A DNA stretch of 64,000 nucleotides, taken from positions 10,046,001 to 10,110,000 of the forward strand of contig CM052817.1 of NCBI GenBank assembly GCA_028534125.1. Reading direction: 5' to 3'. This document shows, in pieces, positions 36,635 to 49,949 of this stretch. The notes below the pieces were generated by a model, which saw only the letters and a list, made by a program, of their open reading frames with translations, was not told the origin of the DNA and did not search any database. The translations under genes were made by a program, and so were the position numbers. Position 1 is the stretch's first letter, and every line of letters starts with the position of its first letter. Source of the DNA: Lama glama (Eukaryota).

Positions 36635-37715
36635 TGTAAGTTCAGGGGAGTCTACAAGACCAACCTCAGCTTCAGTAATTCAACAAAAAGACCTGCAGAA
36701 CCCAGCAAAGCTATCATTCTCACAGTTGTGATTTAGTACAGCCAAAGCTCACAGATCAAAATCAGCAACAAGAAGGGCATGGGGAAGGTTCCAGGATAGG
36801 TCCAGGTATGAGCTGCCTCTTGTCCTCTTCCAGTGACATCAGGACAGTGCTTACTTCTCTCAGCCACCACGTGAGACAGAACACACTGGGTGTTGCCAAC
36901 CAAGGGCACTCATCCAACCCTTGATGTCCAGAGTTTTTATGGGGGTCAGTCGCACAGACACAAAGCAGATTACACACGTGGCTGACTTTCATATCCAGTC
37001 CCCTGGGGCAGCTGATAACTGCTTGGTCCCAGGGCTCCACCACAGATCACATTGTCAGTGCAAATTATTTGGCACAGCCCAAGACCCAGGTAAACAAAGG
37101 CACTTCTATCAGGTGGACCATCCCAAGGGCTTGGTGGTTAGCTCCCAGAAGCCAGAGATACAGGCCACTCTGTAGGAGCGAAGAACAAATCTGACTGCAT
37201 ATTAGCCCTGTTCCTTTGGCTCTAACCCTGTGCTCTGTTTCCTGGGCTTAGTCGTGCCGGTTCTGCACCTTTTGTAAAAGAATGTTGCCTAGGGCCTGAA
37301 ATAGACAGTCTACCCATTCTCAAGCTCTGACCTTTAAGGGTATTAACACTTTCCCATTCATATAAAGATAAAAAGTTGCAGAAAAGGAAATAATATTCGT
37401 CCTGTTGGAGGTTTGCAGGAACATCATGACCTGACCTACGTGGACAGATGCAAGAACAAAGGATTCTGACACCAAGAAGTTTGCAACAACCAACCACAGC
37501 CCCTCCCCTTTTCAGGGTAAAAGCAGCCTGAATTCTGACTTGGGGAAGATGGTTCTCCGGGACATTAGTCTGCCGTCTTCTTGGGCTGCTGGCTTTCCAA
37601 GTGAAGTCTTTTATTCCTTGCTCCAACACCTCATCCCCTATTTATTGGTCTGTCTTGCAGTGAGCAGAACGAGTTTAGATTCAGTAATGGCACCTTTCTT
37701 TGGGCAAAGTTAATG
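36635..37715. mobile_element. MER21-like LTR interrupted by a younger LTR
   Basis: cagatcaaaatcagcaa.aagaagggcatgggg; tgtccagagtttttatgggggtcagtc; tttctttgggcaaagttaa resumes after the insert. Confidence 0.7.
37171..37689 (+). mobile_element. ERV1-class (MER41-like) LTR
   Basis: TGTAGGAGCGAAGAACAAATCTGACT..ATATTAG start; gggaagatggttct..ggacattagtctgcc.tcttct; ends gagcagaacgagtttagattcagtaa. Confidence 0.8.
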
Positions 37716-38870
37716 CCTCCCCCTCCTCCGGCTTCACCAGCCGTCTCCCTGGGTGCCCCGAGCCCTTTCTTAGGAAGTCTTCCGAAGTGCCTGGCTGCTG
37801 GACCTTCTCCACGCCTCCCGAGGTGGGCACAGGGACACTGTGATTCCTACTTCCCAAATGGGCAGCTGAGGCCCAGAGAGATGCAGGAACTTCTACAAAG
37901 TCACACAGGCTGCTCTAGTGCTTGCGTGTCTGGGACCTCAGCCAGGGTCACCTTGGCTCCGCCCGGCTGCCAGGGGCCGCCATCCCTCCGAGGGGCAGCA
38001 GCTGCGCAGAGACTCAGTCATTGGAAAGGTCAGAAGATTGAGGTCAGCTGAACTTCAGCGCAAATATATCGAGTTCCGAATTTTTTTTAAACCCATGTAA
38101 GCCTGCTGAAATGAACCATGCAACTTGGCCATCCAGCGGGACTCTCGGGAGAATACAGAGGCCGGGTCTATGGATAAATTTCTGTAGACCGTTACAAGTT
38201 TCCAAAAATAGTCTTCCTTCTCTGTGTTGGGGAAACCAGCCAGACTTCCTAGGAGACACGTCGATACCAGGGGGCTTCCCCGCAGCCACTAAACGGAAAA
38301 CAAGCCTTTAAAGCGCTGTTGTGAATTTCCTAAACCACTTGTCCTCCACCCTGAGCTAGAGGTTAAGCCCTTCATGATGCACCCATGTTGTCTCGCAGCC
38401 AGGGGACAGTTCTCCCCCAGCCCTACCGCCAGCTGATCCCATCTGCCCCTGGCAGCCTGGGAGAGAGATGATTGCTAAGGTAACCCAAGGCCCCGAGGGC
38501 AGGCAGACACAGACACACGGCAGCTGCCACTGCTGGGCACGCAGCCCGTGCCCTGTTCTGGAGGGACTCCCGGGGCCCTCTGCCAGCTGTGGCCTCAGAC
38601 CCGGTGTGTGCAGGGCTGCCTGGAAAGAGCTGCTCAGAGAGAGACTTTGTCTCTGCAGCAGTCCTGTTCGGTCATGGAGACCCCAGAACCTCAGGGATCA
38701 TCTCTCCAACCAGGGAGACTGAGGCCAGGAGTGGAGCTGACACTTAGCAGCAGAGCTAGGACTTACACCCAATGGTTCTGACACCTGCTCCTCCTCTGGG
38801 GCGATGCCTTGACGCAATGGGCTCTCCAGGACCCCATAGAGAGGGGCTGAACACTGCTGCTGTGGATGGC

Positions 38871-38900
38871 ATTCATTCATTCATTCATTCATTCATTCAT
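38871..38900. repeat. (ATTC)n microsatellite (L2 tail-derived)
   Basis: Seen directly. Confidence 0.9.
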
Positions 38901-38926
38901 TGAGCAGAAATTTACTGCATGTCCAC

Positions 38927-39362
38927 TGTATGAGTTTCCCAGGGTGACCATAATAAATTGCCACAAATTTGGTGACTTGAAATACCAGATTATTCTTGTA
39001 CTGTTCTGGAGGCAAGAAGGCCAAAATCAGGGTGTTGTCAGGGCTGCACTCCCTCTGACGTCTCTAGGGGTGGACCCTTCCCTAGCTCTTCTGGCTTCCA
39101 GTGGCTCCAGGCATCCCTTGGCTTGTGGTCACATCCCTCCAAACTGCCTCCCTCTTCACATGGCCTTCTCGTCTGTGTCTCCTTTCCTTTTCTTCCCTTG
39201 TAGGGACACTTGCCATTGTTTTTAGGGCTCACCTTAATTCAGGATGATGTCATCCTAAGATACTTAATTGTATCAGCAAAGAACTTTTCCCCAAATAAGG
39301 TCACATACAGTTTCCAGTGGGCACATCTTTTTTTGGGGGTGGCGCCCTTCAAGCCGCTCCAC
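38927..39362 (-). mobile_element. MaLR MLT1C-like LTR
   Basis: tgtatgagtttcc.agggtg.cca.aa.aaattgccacaaa...gttctggaggc.agaag.ccaaaatcagggtgt...ccaaataaggtcacat. Confidence 0.85.
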
Positions 39363-40769
39363 CTCCCACGTGCTAGACCCTCTTCTGAACCCTGGACGCT
39401 GCGGGAGACCCGGCAGACAACGGCGAGCTGCAGGATGCTTATGTTCCAGTCGGGAGAGACAAACAACAAACCATAAGTTAATTTAATTTCAGGCAGTCAG
39501 AACTGCTCTGAAGCACACTTAGAAAGGGCAAAGGGGCAGAGACTGTCTGGGTAGGGGTGTTCTCTGTAGGATAAAGTGGATGGAGAGCCTTCTTGGAGGA
39601 CACAGTTGAATGAAGAGGGTTGTGATTGCTCATATCACGTATGTGTGTACAAGTCCCCGTCTATCGAAGTTCAGCGACCTGAGAGGCAATAGACGTGGAA
39701 AGAGTCAAAACTTGGAAGTTTGTCTTTAGTAGAACATTCTTTGGAGGACCACAGTGTTTCCTGAAGTCTCATGGCTGCAAATGTAGTATGAAATGAAATG
39801 ACAGAGCATCAGAACCACAGGCACTGGAATTTGGACTTCCAAGCCAGTTATTTACTGAGCATCACTATGAACCAGGCACTGCATCATCCAGTATGCTAAA
39901 TGAGACTGGTCTAGTCCACTGAGCTTTCCTGAGTCCCTCAGAAAACCGAAGACAACGGGCTCTCGCACGTTCTGAAAAGAAGTGTTAGAACACCCCCCCC
40001 TCCCCGGGGTGCCTGAATCTGCCAAATCCTGTGACCTGGGCTCGCCACCCTCCTCATACATGACAGAAGATGAGAAATTCGGAGGAGATGGACCAGGGAA
40101 GGCTAAAACACCTACACAGACGTGGAGGATGCTACGGTGCTGCTCCTCCACTTCAGAGGAAAGAGGGGAAGGTGGGCTCACCATCCCAGACCAGAGCGGG
40201 GGCAGGAGGAGGAATCTGGGAGGGGTGAGAGGTGCAGGCAGGCCACTCTGGCATCTGACTTGGTGCTGAGCATGTCCTGAGCTGCTGCGGTGTGGCCCGG
40301 CACGGCCAGACCAGACCAGAGCAGAGCAACGACCCTGCTGCAGGCAGGTGTGGCCTCTGAACTGCTGAGGCCACAGGTAAGCAGCACTGCTCTCTGGGAG
40401 CCCTCCTGGATGCACAAGGGGGAGTGGCAGCCAGGGACCAAGGGGACCAAGGAAGGAACCAGATTAGAACTTTCCTGGAAAAAATCCTGCTTGCTGCTGG
40501 GCAGGGGGACCTGCAGTGTGAAGCCCTGGGGCCAGAGATGAAGAGAAGCTGGGAGAGGTCAGACAAGGAGGGACCTCCCAGGCCAGGAGGCTCCGGGTGG
40601 TGATGAGGGTGGTTGTGAGGAGAGGGTGATATCCTTGAAGAGCCCACAGGAGCACCTCACCAAAGAAAGAGGAGAAAGAGGGCCGTTCGGGATGAACTGC
40701 CTCCACCCACCACAAACACGTTGGCATCCGAACCCCCAGGACCTGGGAGTGTGGCTTTCTTTGGGAATG

Positions 40770-41130
40770 GGGGTTGCAGCTAACATAACTGGTTAAGATG
40801 AGGTCCCGCCGGAGTCGGGTGGGCTCCTACTCCACTGTGACTGGTGTCCTTATAAGCAGAGGGAAGTCTGGACACGGGCACAGAGAGGAGGAGGCCATGT
40901 GACGACGGAGGCACAGAGGCAGTGATGCAGCCATGAGCCCAGGAAGGCTGGTGCCAACCGGAGCTGGAGGAAGCCAGCAAGGAGCCTCCCTTGGGGCTTC
41001 AGAGGGAGCGTGGCTCTGCCAACATGTTGATTTTGAACTTCTGGCCTCCAGAGGGTAAGAGAATACATTTCTGTTAATGTAAGCCCCTCAGATTGTGGCA
41101 CGTCACTACGGCAGCCCTAGGAAATTAACG
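40770..41130 (+). mobile_element. MaLR MLT1B/C LTR
   Basis: gttaagatgaggtc...gactggtgtccttataag.agagg...ggccatgtgacgacggaggca...ttctggcctccaga...gcagccctaggaaa. Confidence 0.88.
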
Positions 41131-43639
41131 TGAGGACCAACCTTTGAGCATCCACCGCCTAGCACATTCCAGTAGTCAGCTATTCCAACAGGAATTCAAC
41201 AGAACCCCCTTATCCTCACATCTTCTCTCCCTTTGCCCACCCTTCTCCTCCAGCTCTAGAGGCACCAGCCACAGCAAGGCAGAGGGGGGAGGGGGAGGAA
41301 AAATATGCCCTGAAGGACACACCGTCACCCCCTCTCCTGCTGCTGTTCTGCCTGAACTGGGGGAATGGCGCCGCTTCAGTAGGATATGAGATGATAAAAA
41401 GAAGAATAAAGGTGTAGCTTAGACCAGACTGGAGTATTTTTACTATCTGAAAATGACCTGAACAAGCTATGGGATCCATCCACCTATATAATGTGAGATG
41501 TTGCCTCCACGAGCCAAGACTGGGCAGGAGCTCGCAGGAAACATGCGGGTGGAAATGACTGATGGGCTCTGACATGAAATATCCCCCACCACGTCTCAGC
41601 AGGAGCCAGAGCGCCTCTCTGAAGACTTGAGTGGTGGCAGGAAGTTTTCCTGGATTCCCCGTCATTCCTTGTACTTTTCCAAAATGGGAGGAACACTCAG
41701 TTCGGCTTCATAGACACCTTCGAGTCCTCTTCTCCAGGGATCAAAACCTAACCTGGAGCCCAGGTCACTGCCGGGAAGTGATCCAGATTAAGGAATTGGA
41801 AAACACCTGCTCAGGCAACAGCTTTAGCTGGAGGCTGGCCCACGAAGGTCACCTATGGGCCAGTGCAACATTCTGCGGTTGGGGAAGTGCTTTCAAGAGA
41901 GAGGAAAACCCCTTGAGATGGTAGGTGGTGACACAAACACCGGTGTAAACAAAGCAGGGCTTCCTGGTCGAGGGCATGAGTGCTCGAGGCAGACAGACGG
42001 TGGGGGTCTTTGTTCCCGGCCGCCTGTGCAGCCTGGGGTTAGAGAATTCAGCATCAGGGTTAACCGCAGGAAACAAAACCCTCTAGTGGTTTCCAGGGAA
42101 AAAGAGAATTAGTACAGGGAGTTAGGAGCTTACAAAGTCATCTGCAGGCTGCTGGGGAGCACGAGCAGGAGGGGCTCTAGACTGGGTCTCCAGGAGGGTT
42201 TGGAGAGGGGTGAGGGTTTGTTGTAACTGGCACGGCACGCCGTACAAGTGAGGCAGTAACTGCTGTGAAGGAAGAAGTGTGTTATTCTCGCAGATCCCTG
42301 GAAACAGGAGGCCTTGCTCAGTAGGTAGGGCCATGTGGGGCAGCACCGTGATCCGCTGGAGGCAGAGGGAGCGAGGGGAAAACACGGGCAAGCGCCTTTA
42401 GGATGGTTTCCAGGGGAAGGAGCTTGCTGCAGGGTAAGCCGGCGTGCGACTGGCTGGTGTGAATAATTTCAGCAGACGCTGGGCCGTGGATGCAGTGCCT
42501 GGTTGTCTGGTGCCTGGCCTGGGGGTGACGAAGGCAGGTGGGTAGTGGCTCAGAGGGTGAGAGCCTTAGGGGAGGTGGCTGGGGGTGTGGGCTCTGGATT
42601 GGTCGGTTTGCACAGGAAACACCTGTGCGCAGCCCAGCCATTGGCTGTCTCTGGGAATTAGCTACCTTGGAGGGGCGGCCCCTCCAGGGTCAGCAAGACC
42701 CCAAGATGTCAAAGCATCAAAAATACAGAATAAAAAGACTTGATTAATACAGGAATGATTTCTTAATTACTGTAGAACTGACTGACTGGATGAGAAATGG
42801 CTTCTGCAATTTTCTGGAAGGTGAGGAAGCAAGCCACAAGGAAGGCACTGAGGTGAGAGGGTATATCAGCTGCTTGCAGCGCCGAAGGCGGTAAGTCCTT
42901 GGTTCACAGTGACCGCGGTCATTCTCATCCTTGTTTTGAATTCTGTAACGCGGGTGCACAATGACCAAGTCACTAGGTTTGCACTCAAAAAGGGGAAAAG
43001 TTCCTGTCATTTGTCCACTAATACAATACTCCCAGGAGCACAGTTCAGATCTCATGAGTGTAGTTGGCATCACTTAGATGCACCACGTGAAACTGAACCT
43101 CGGCTTATTGGGGACAAGGGAGTCATTCTGAGCCTCGGCTTTCCATTGAGGGCTTTGGCTTTGCTGGGGGTGATGTGCGCATGAGAGGACCTTAACAAAA
43201 TCATTTCCCGCATCTTCCTGAAATATCCCAGGAGCGCTTCCATATGAGCAGTGTTGCCCGCTGCCAACCAGGTAAGCAGCAGTGAGGTGAGCCCCAAACT
43301 GGGGTGATGAGGAGGCAAACCCCAAATCCAGCCAGGGAGGGCCAGTCCCTGAAGACATTTCCTGGAGTTGCGGAAACGAAATGAGGGAATGTTTCAGAGG
43401 CTGGGGCCTCAGAAGACATCAGGGGCAGCAGATCACAGCACCCCCCCAAATGCCCCCAACAGGCCAATGTTGGCTCTTTCAGTCTGGCTTGTCCCACCCA
43501 GCTTCCCAGACTGGAACTGCACTTCTTGGCACTGCCACCTGGAAGGGTTTTTACTTTTATGGGTTATTTTAATAACACAATTACAAAATTGATAGTCATT
43601 CATTATAAAACAGAGAAATGGATAAAATGTCTTTGAAAA

Positions 43640-44860
43640 AAAGTCACTACACTGACAAGGATGGTTCTACTGAAAAAGATAACAGCAGGTGTTGTGAGGA
43701 TGTAGGGCGATTAGTGCCCTCATGCCTCGCTGGCGTTTAGTTCAGCTGCTTTGCCAAACAATCTCACAGTTTCTCAAAAGGTTAGAGATGGCCCAGCGAT
43801 TCCACTCCCAGGGATGTACCCAAGAGACATGACAACATATGTCCACAAAAGAGCTTGCCCGTGAATGTTCATAGCAGAATTATTCATAGTGGCCAAAAAA
43901 AGTGAAATCAACCCAAATGTCCATCAACTGATAAATAAGGAAAATGTGGTCTATCCATACAATGAAGAATATTCATTAAAGCAATAAAAAGGAATGAAGT
44001 ACTGATACATGCTTTAACATGGATGCACCTTGAAAATATTATGCTACGTGAAAGAAGTCACAAAAGACATACATTGTAAGAAATATCCAGAATTGGCAAA
44101 CCTATAGACAGAAAGTGTATTAATGGTTGCCTGGGGCCAGAGTGGATGAGATGCGGAGTGACTACTAAAAGGTATGGGGTTTCTTGTGTAGTTACAAAAA
44201 TGTTCCAAAACTGACTGTGGTAATGGTTGCATGACTCTATAAATATACTCGAAATCATTGAATCCTATTCTTTAAATGGGTAGATTTTATGATATGTGAA
44301 TTATATCTCAATAAATCTGTTATAAAAATTAGTCATGAAAAATTATGTCTACACAAAAACCTGTCTAGCAGCTTTATTCATAACTGCCAAAACATGGAAG
44401 CAACCAAAACGTCTTACAGTCGGTGAATGGATAAATAAACTGTCTTCCATCCAGATAATGAAATATTATTCAGTGCTAAAAGGAAGTGAGCCATCAAGGC
44501 ATAGAAAGACCTGAAGGAGAAAACTTCAATGCATTTTACTAAGTGAAAGAAGCCATTCTGAGAAGGCTGCACAGTGTATGATTCCAACAATCTGACTTTC
44601 TGGAAAAGGCAAGATTATGAAGACAGTAAGAAGATCAGTGGTTGAGCCCTCATGAACACTGTGGATTTTGGGTAGGCATGATGTGTCCATGTCCATGTGG
44701 GCTCGTCCATTGCAGCAAATGTACCACTCACTGGGGGAGGTTGATAGTGGGGCGGAGGTTGTGCGGGTCAGGGGCCAGGGCGCATATGGGAACTCAGTTT
44801 TGATGTGAACTTGAACTGGCCTTAAAAAACAAGGCCTATCCAAAAAATAAAATCAGTTGA
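43640..44860 (+). mobile_element. Two old L1 3' ends in tandem (L1MB/ME-like 43640-44330; L1MC-like 44340-44860)
   Basis: caacccaaatgtccatcaactgataaa; aaaaggaatgaagtactgatacatgct; tgtgaattatatctcaataaa; actaagtgaaagaagcca.tctgagaaggct.ca...tgtatgattccaac. Confidence 0.85.
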
Positions 44861-44886
44861 AGGAAAAAAATCACTTAGAATCTGAT

Positions 44887-45322
44887 TGAAACAGGAGGGA
44901 AGCGGGCAGGGCACTACCACTGAAGGAATGACACAGTAATTGAGGACAGGACAAACTGGTTAGGACCAAGATGGCGGAAGATTCTACTTCAAGGAGACCT
45001 TGAGCCTCATGGCATAACCATAGGTGCCATGACAGTTCCTAGGCTGACCATAGAGGTCAAGAAGTGGGTGGGGCCCAGTTCATGGAAATCCCTGCCCCTT
45101 CCCCGCAAAGAATTGGAAGAATCCTCCTGCTCATTAGCATATGAAATTACCCAGCCTATAAAACCCATCAGCTCTGCACCTCTTGGTCGCTCACTCTTGC
45201 CTTCTGAGACAGCCTGCACTCTGCCTATGGAGTGTGTATCTCTCTAAATAAATTTGCTTTCATTTTACTATGTCTTGCTCTTAAATTCTTTCCTGCGCAA
45301 AGCAAGAACCTTTTCTCTGACA
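44887..45322 (+). mobile_element. ERV1-class solo LTR
   Basis: TGAAAC...TGACA termini, 4-bp TSD TGAT (44883-44886, 45323-45326), TATAAAA at about 45157, AATAAA at about 45247. Confidence 0.9.
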
Positions 45323-46629
45323 TGATCACACACATGATCATTCAACAGTTTAAATTATGTAATTGAAGTCTTTGTAAAGACTTTTTATACAGTTTCATGT
45401 TCTAGTATTTTCGCACGTTTTTCTTCACTTAGCAATATACTGTAAACATTTTTCTACGTCAGTAAAGATTTTATTACACTTTAAATATCTGCGTGGAAAT
45501 CCATTATGTAGATGAATGATGATTTATTTAAACATTCCACATTTTAAGGCATCCTTTTAATTTGCATCAGTATATAAAGAATACTGGTAAACAGCACATG
45601 TTCTTTGAATAGATTCTTTTTTTTTTTTTTTGAATAGATTCTTAATGACAATAAAACAGTGACTATTTGTTGAGTGCTTAGTAACGGCCAGTTACCGACC
45701 AAGTGCTTTACAAACGTCTTGATAAACAAATGCTCAGAGAAACTTGGGAAGCAGGTACCATAATTAATTCCATTTTACAGCTACAGTGTCAGAGGTTTGG
45801 AGATATTAAATGACTTGTCCAAAGTGACACAGCTAGTAAATAGCAAAGCTGCAATCAAACTTAGGTTTATCTGATTCCAGAGCTTGAGCTGTTGTTTCTG
45901 ACGCCTGAACATACTGATTTCATTTCTGTAACTTTTCATTCTTCTGATACCTTCTGTCAAATGGTCCTCCAGAGAATTCATCATAATTTGTAGTTCCCAC
46001 CAAAAATGCAGGAAAATACTCACGATGCTCATCAGCACTGGTTTTACAGTTCTTTGTAAACTGTGTGTTAACTTGAGAGGCAAAAAATGACTTCCTGTTC
46101 TTGTTTCCATTTGTAAAGAGATGGTATATTTTTGTTGATTGGCTCATCCGTTGATTTTCTCAAGAATCAACTTTGTATATACTTTTTTCCTCTTCCACTG
46201 GGCTTTTTTCTTATTGAGTTGTTTAGCAATATCCCAGTCGTTACAGAATTTCCAACTGTTTTCACATTCCATGCTTTTTTATTGTAACTTGTCAATTTCC
46301 AATATTTTTTAACTGATTTTTATTTTTAGACTTTCAAGGTGTTCCCTTACTAACTCCTCCAAGCCTGAGTACAGGAGCAGTGAAGTTCCACCATGAGCAA
46401 GCTGACAACAGCTCGTCAGAGGGCCAGCTCCTGGGATGGTTTAAAACCAGTCTCTGCTCTTATTCTCTCTCCAGTCAAATCCAGAGTAAATATCTATGCT
46501 CTATGCTCTCTGTGAAAGGGCAGAACACACATCAACTACAGGAGGCCAGTATCAAAAGTGCAATTTGGAGCTGAAATTTGGTCTGTAAGACAACAAACAT
46601 CACAGCAAAGTCCTCCTTGTACATTTGCT

Positions 46630-47312
46630 GATTAATAAAAATTTTTAAGATATAATTTATGTACCGTAAAATCCACCATTTAAAAGTGTAAAATACAGTA
46701 GCTTCTATTATATTTACAAGATGGTACAACTATCTAACTTCAGAATGTTATCCCCTAAGAGACACTCCATACCCATTAAGGAGTCATACCCTTCCTTCCC
46801 CTTCCCCCGAGCCCTGGGAACCAATAATGTAATTTCTGTCTCTACAGATGTGCCAATTCCAGACATTTCATATAAATGGAATCCTACAACACGAGGGCTT
46901 TGTGTCTGGTTTCTTGCACTTAGCGTGATGTTTTTAAGGTTCATCTATGTTGTAGCTTTGTTTCTTTTTGTAGCCGGATGATATTCCATTGTATGGAATT
47001 TTGTTTCTCCATTTAATGTTGATGGATCATATGGTTGTTTCCACTTTTTGGCTATTATGAATCATGCTGCTATGAAAATTCATGTACAAATTTTCATGCA
47101 GACATATGTTTTCATTTCTCTTGGGTTTACATCCAGGAGAACGGCTGCATTGTACAGTAACTCTAACATTTTGGAAAACTGCTCAACTTTTCCACAGCGC
47201 CGGCACCATTTCTCATTCCCACCAGCAACATGTGAGGGTTCTGATTTCTCTACATCCCTGCCAACACCTGTTATTTTAAAATTGATTTGTTTTTATTATG
47301 GCCATCCTGGTG
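46630..47312 (-). mobile_element. L1MB-type LINE 3' end
   Basis: aaaatccaccatttaaaagtgta; gacatttcatataaatggaatc; ggttgtttccactttttggctattatgaat.atgctgctatgaa; cattcccaccagcaa. Confidence 0.88.
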
Positions 47313-48494
47313 GGAGAGACTTTTACACTGGATGAACTTTGAATCAGTTTAAACAAAGACAAACATTCTGAGTGGGTCTTCCAGGGAACTACTGCACAGG
47401 TCACACAATAATAATTCTTTGGGAATGACGTTTGGAAAGAATTCCAGGTCTGTTCTGCTCCATCCGGTACTGGGAAGGCAGACTGTTATTTTTCAAGGCT
47501 ACTGCTGAACTAGAGAGTTGGGTGTGGGACTAGAGCAAGTTAAAAACCAGAAATTATATTTTTATGCCAAATTGTCTGATTTTTAAAACACCTTTTGATG
47601 GTCCCAACTGAAAACACTTGCAGGTCAAAATCAAGTGTATGCCCCAGTCAGGGTCCTTGGACGTAGAGAGGTGGCTTGGGTAGTAATAGAATGGTTTTCA
47701 ATTGTTCTAAAGCAGGAAAAATGTTTTATCAGATAAAATTTTATTCAGGACCCAGAGTGATCTGGAAAATATTTCACAATCCAAATCCTAGCATCACCCA
47801 TCAGAACAGACTCGTGTCTTCGCTGTGCCAGGAGTCGCCTTTAGAATGGCCAGATTGCGAGGAGCTGGCAGGGTGTCCAGGAGAGGAGCCCTCCTGGAGG
47901 AGCCCCCGGAGGAGAAATGATGCAAGTGCAGCTTCCTTTCAAGTGGGGGTGTCCACTGAACCCCGCTGTGCCCCAGACCTTCTGCAATGCAGACTCCCTG
48001 TGACCCCTTGGAGATCCTCGGTCCCCACACCTGACCCCCTAGACCCTCCTCTGGTCCCCGAATCCCTGCCAATCCCCAGCATCCCTCACCTGAGCCACTC
48101 CCCTTCTCTCCTGATCCACTGTCCCCCCTGGCCCTGGTATCCCAACTCCCTTGTTCCTGGGCCCCTGCACCCCTGCACCCGCCCCACCTCCTGCAGCAGC
48201 CCTGAGCTCTGCAGAGGAGTTAAGACTTCCTGCTGGAGGATACAGAATGTAGCCGGTGCCTGGGCTTCCCATGATTTGCTCGTTGGGGGCCACCACCTCA
48301 GTCCACGGATCCTCCCCAACCCCGCTCTTGATGGCAGGGGTGGGTGGGGCTCCCCGGGGTGGGTGGGGCTCCCTCCACCCCCGCGTCATTCCCCAAATCC
48401 TATTTTAGGCTCTTCAGTCTTTACCTTGGGAAAAGCAGATGGAGTTGGTTTTGGCGCCGAACTTCTGAGGTCCAGATCCTAGACAGGGGATGGT

Positions 48495-48685
48495 TCTTGG
48501 CCACGGGGCCTCAAACTTGAACGTGCATGCCCATCACCTGGAGGGCTGTAAAAAGATTGTCGGGCCCCTCTCCCAGAGTTTTGGATTCAGCAGGGCTGGG
48601 AAGGGGCCAAGAATCTGCATTTCTAACATGTTCCCAGGTGATGGGATGCAGCTGGTCTGGCGCCAGACTTTGAGGACCACTCATC
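48495..48685. mobile_element. MER5A DNA transposon
   Basis: ctcaaacttga.cgtgcat...atcacctggagggct...ccaagaatctgcatttctaaca.gttcccaggtgatg...actttgag.accact. Confidence 0.85.
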
Positions 48686-49177
48686 CGGGCTGTGAGACCT
48701 CGGGGAATGATGGGTGGCACAGCTTAGGTTTGTATAGCGCTTTATCATTTACACACTAAGTTTTAGATGCATTATCTTCTTCGCTCCTCCAAACAACCCT
48801 GAGAAGATGATCAAGCCCGATTTACAGATGAGCAGATTGAGGTTTGCAGTGTCACACAGGAGTCCCTGACCCAACACCGCTCAGCCAGCTAGCCCTCCTC
48901 GGACTTCCTAGAGGGGTCAACATCCTAGACATCCAACATCACAAGGTCACCACACTCCCCATCCCTTACCCTCTGCTCCTCTGGTGTGGAGGACCGCAGT
49001 TGCCTGCTGAAGGGGTCTCTCTGCCTCTGCTTCTCCCTCTTTTCACAGCAGCAGAGAGCACAGAGGTTGAAAGCACGGGTTTTCTAGTTAGGGGAGGGGT
49101 TTAACTTCCTGCTCTGATAATGTGCTACCTGTGTGATCTTGGGCAAGTTATATAACACTTTGTTGTTTACAAAGTAT

Positions 49178-49690
49178 GCCGGCGCTTCGGAGATTTTTTT
49201 TCTGCAGTTTCAGTGCTGGATCGCCGCAATGAAGCCAGTCCCTCAATAAACCGAGGCACACATTTTTTGGTTTCCCAGTAAATCTAAAAGTTATGTTTAT
49301 TTTATACTGTAGTCTACTAAGTGTGCAATAGCAGTGTATTAAAAAAAAGATTGTATGCATATGTATGACTGAAACATGATGTACGCTAGAAATTGACACA
49401 CTGTCAACTGACTATACCTCAGTAAAAAAATGAAAAAATGTGCATACCTTAATTAAAAAATATTTTATTGCTAGAAAATGCTAACCATAATCTGAGCCTT
49501 CAGCAAGTTGTAATCTTTTTGGTGAAGGGTTTGAAATATTTTGAGAATTACCAAAATGTGACACAGAGACATGAAGTGAGCAAATACTGTTGGAAAAATG
49601 GTGCTGATAGACTCACTTGTTGCATGGCCCAAACCTTCAATTTGTAAAAAATGCAGTATCTGCGAGGCACAATAAAACGATGTATGCCTG
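49178..49690 (-). mobile_element. Internally deleted Tigger1 DNA transposon with a nested short L1 3' end (about 49350-49438)
   Basis: Right end reads CAGGCATACATCGTTTTATTGTGCCTCGCAGATACTGCATTTTTTACAAATTGAAGGTTTG on the minus strand (Tigger1 5' end); left part matches the other Tigger1 terminus. Insert gtatgactgaaacatgatgtac..agaaattgacaca...actgactatacctca plus A tail. Confidence 0.88.
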
Positions 49691-49949
49691 CAGTTTTGTT
49701 TTTTCATTTGGGTTTTTTTTTTTTCTTTCATTTTCCATCTCATTTGATAGTTAGAACAATGCAATTTAAAGCTGCACTTGAGCTCCCCCCATTGCCTACA
49801 GGATCAAGTTAAGATTCCTGGTAAGGCATTAAAATCTCTCCAAGATCTAGCGCCTGCTTCCTTCTCCAAGTTCCCCCAGGACGAAGCTATTCTTCCTCAA
49901 ATTCTCAGCGTGATGGTTGGCACCTACTAGGCGCTCAGATACAGATCCC

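Noticed and set aside
39850..40770. Possible processed pseudogene in purine-rich DNA with several ORFs
   Set aside because: No recognisable protein, poly(A) tail or TSD; may be an old repeat that I cannot assign.
41930..42760. Probable old ERVL/MaLR LTR fragments
   Set aside because: LTR-like features are present but family and boundaries cannot be supported by eye.
47676..48482. 268-aa Pro-rich ORF
   Set aside because: Non-ATG start, low-complexity C-rich sequence, no homology recognised.
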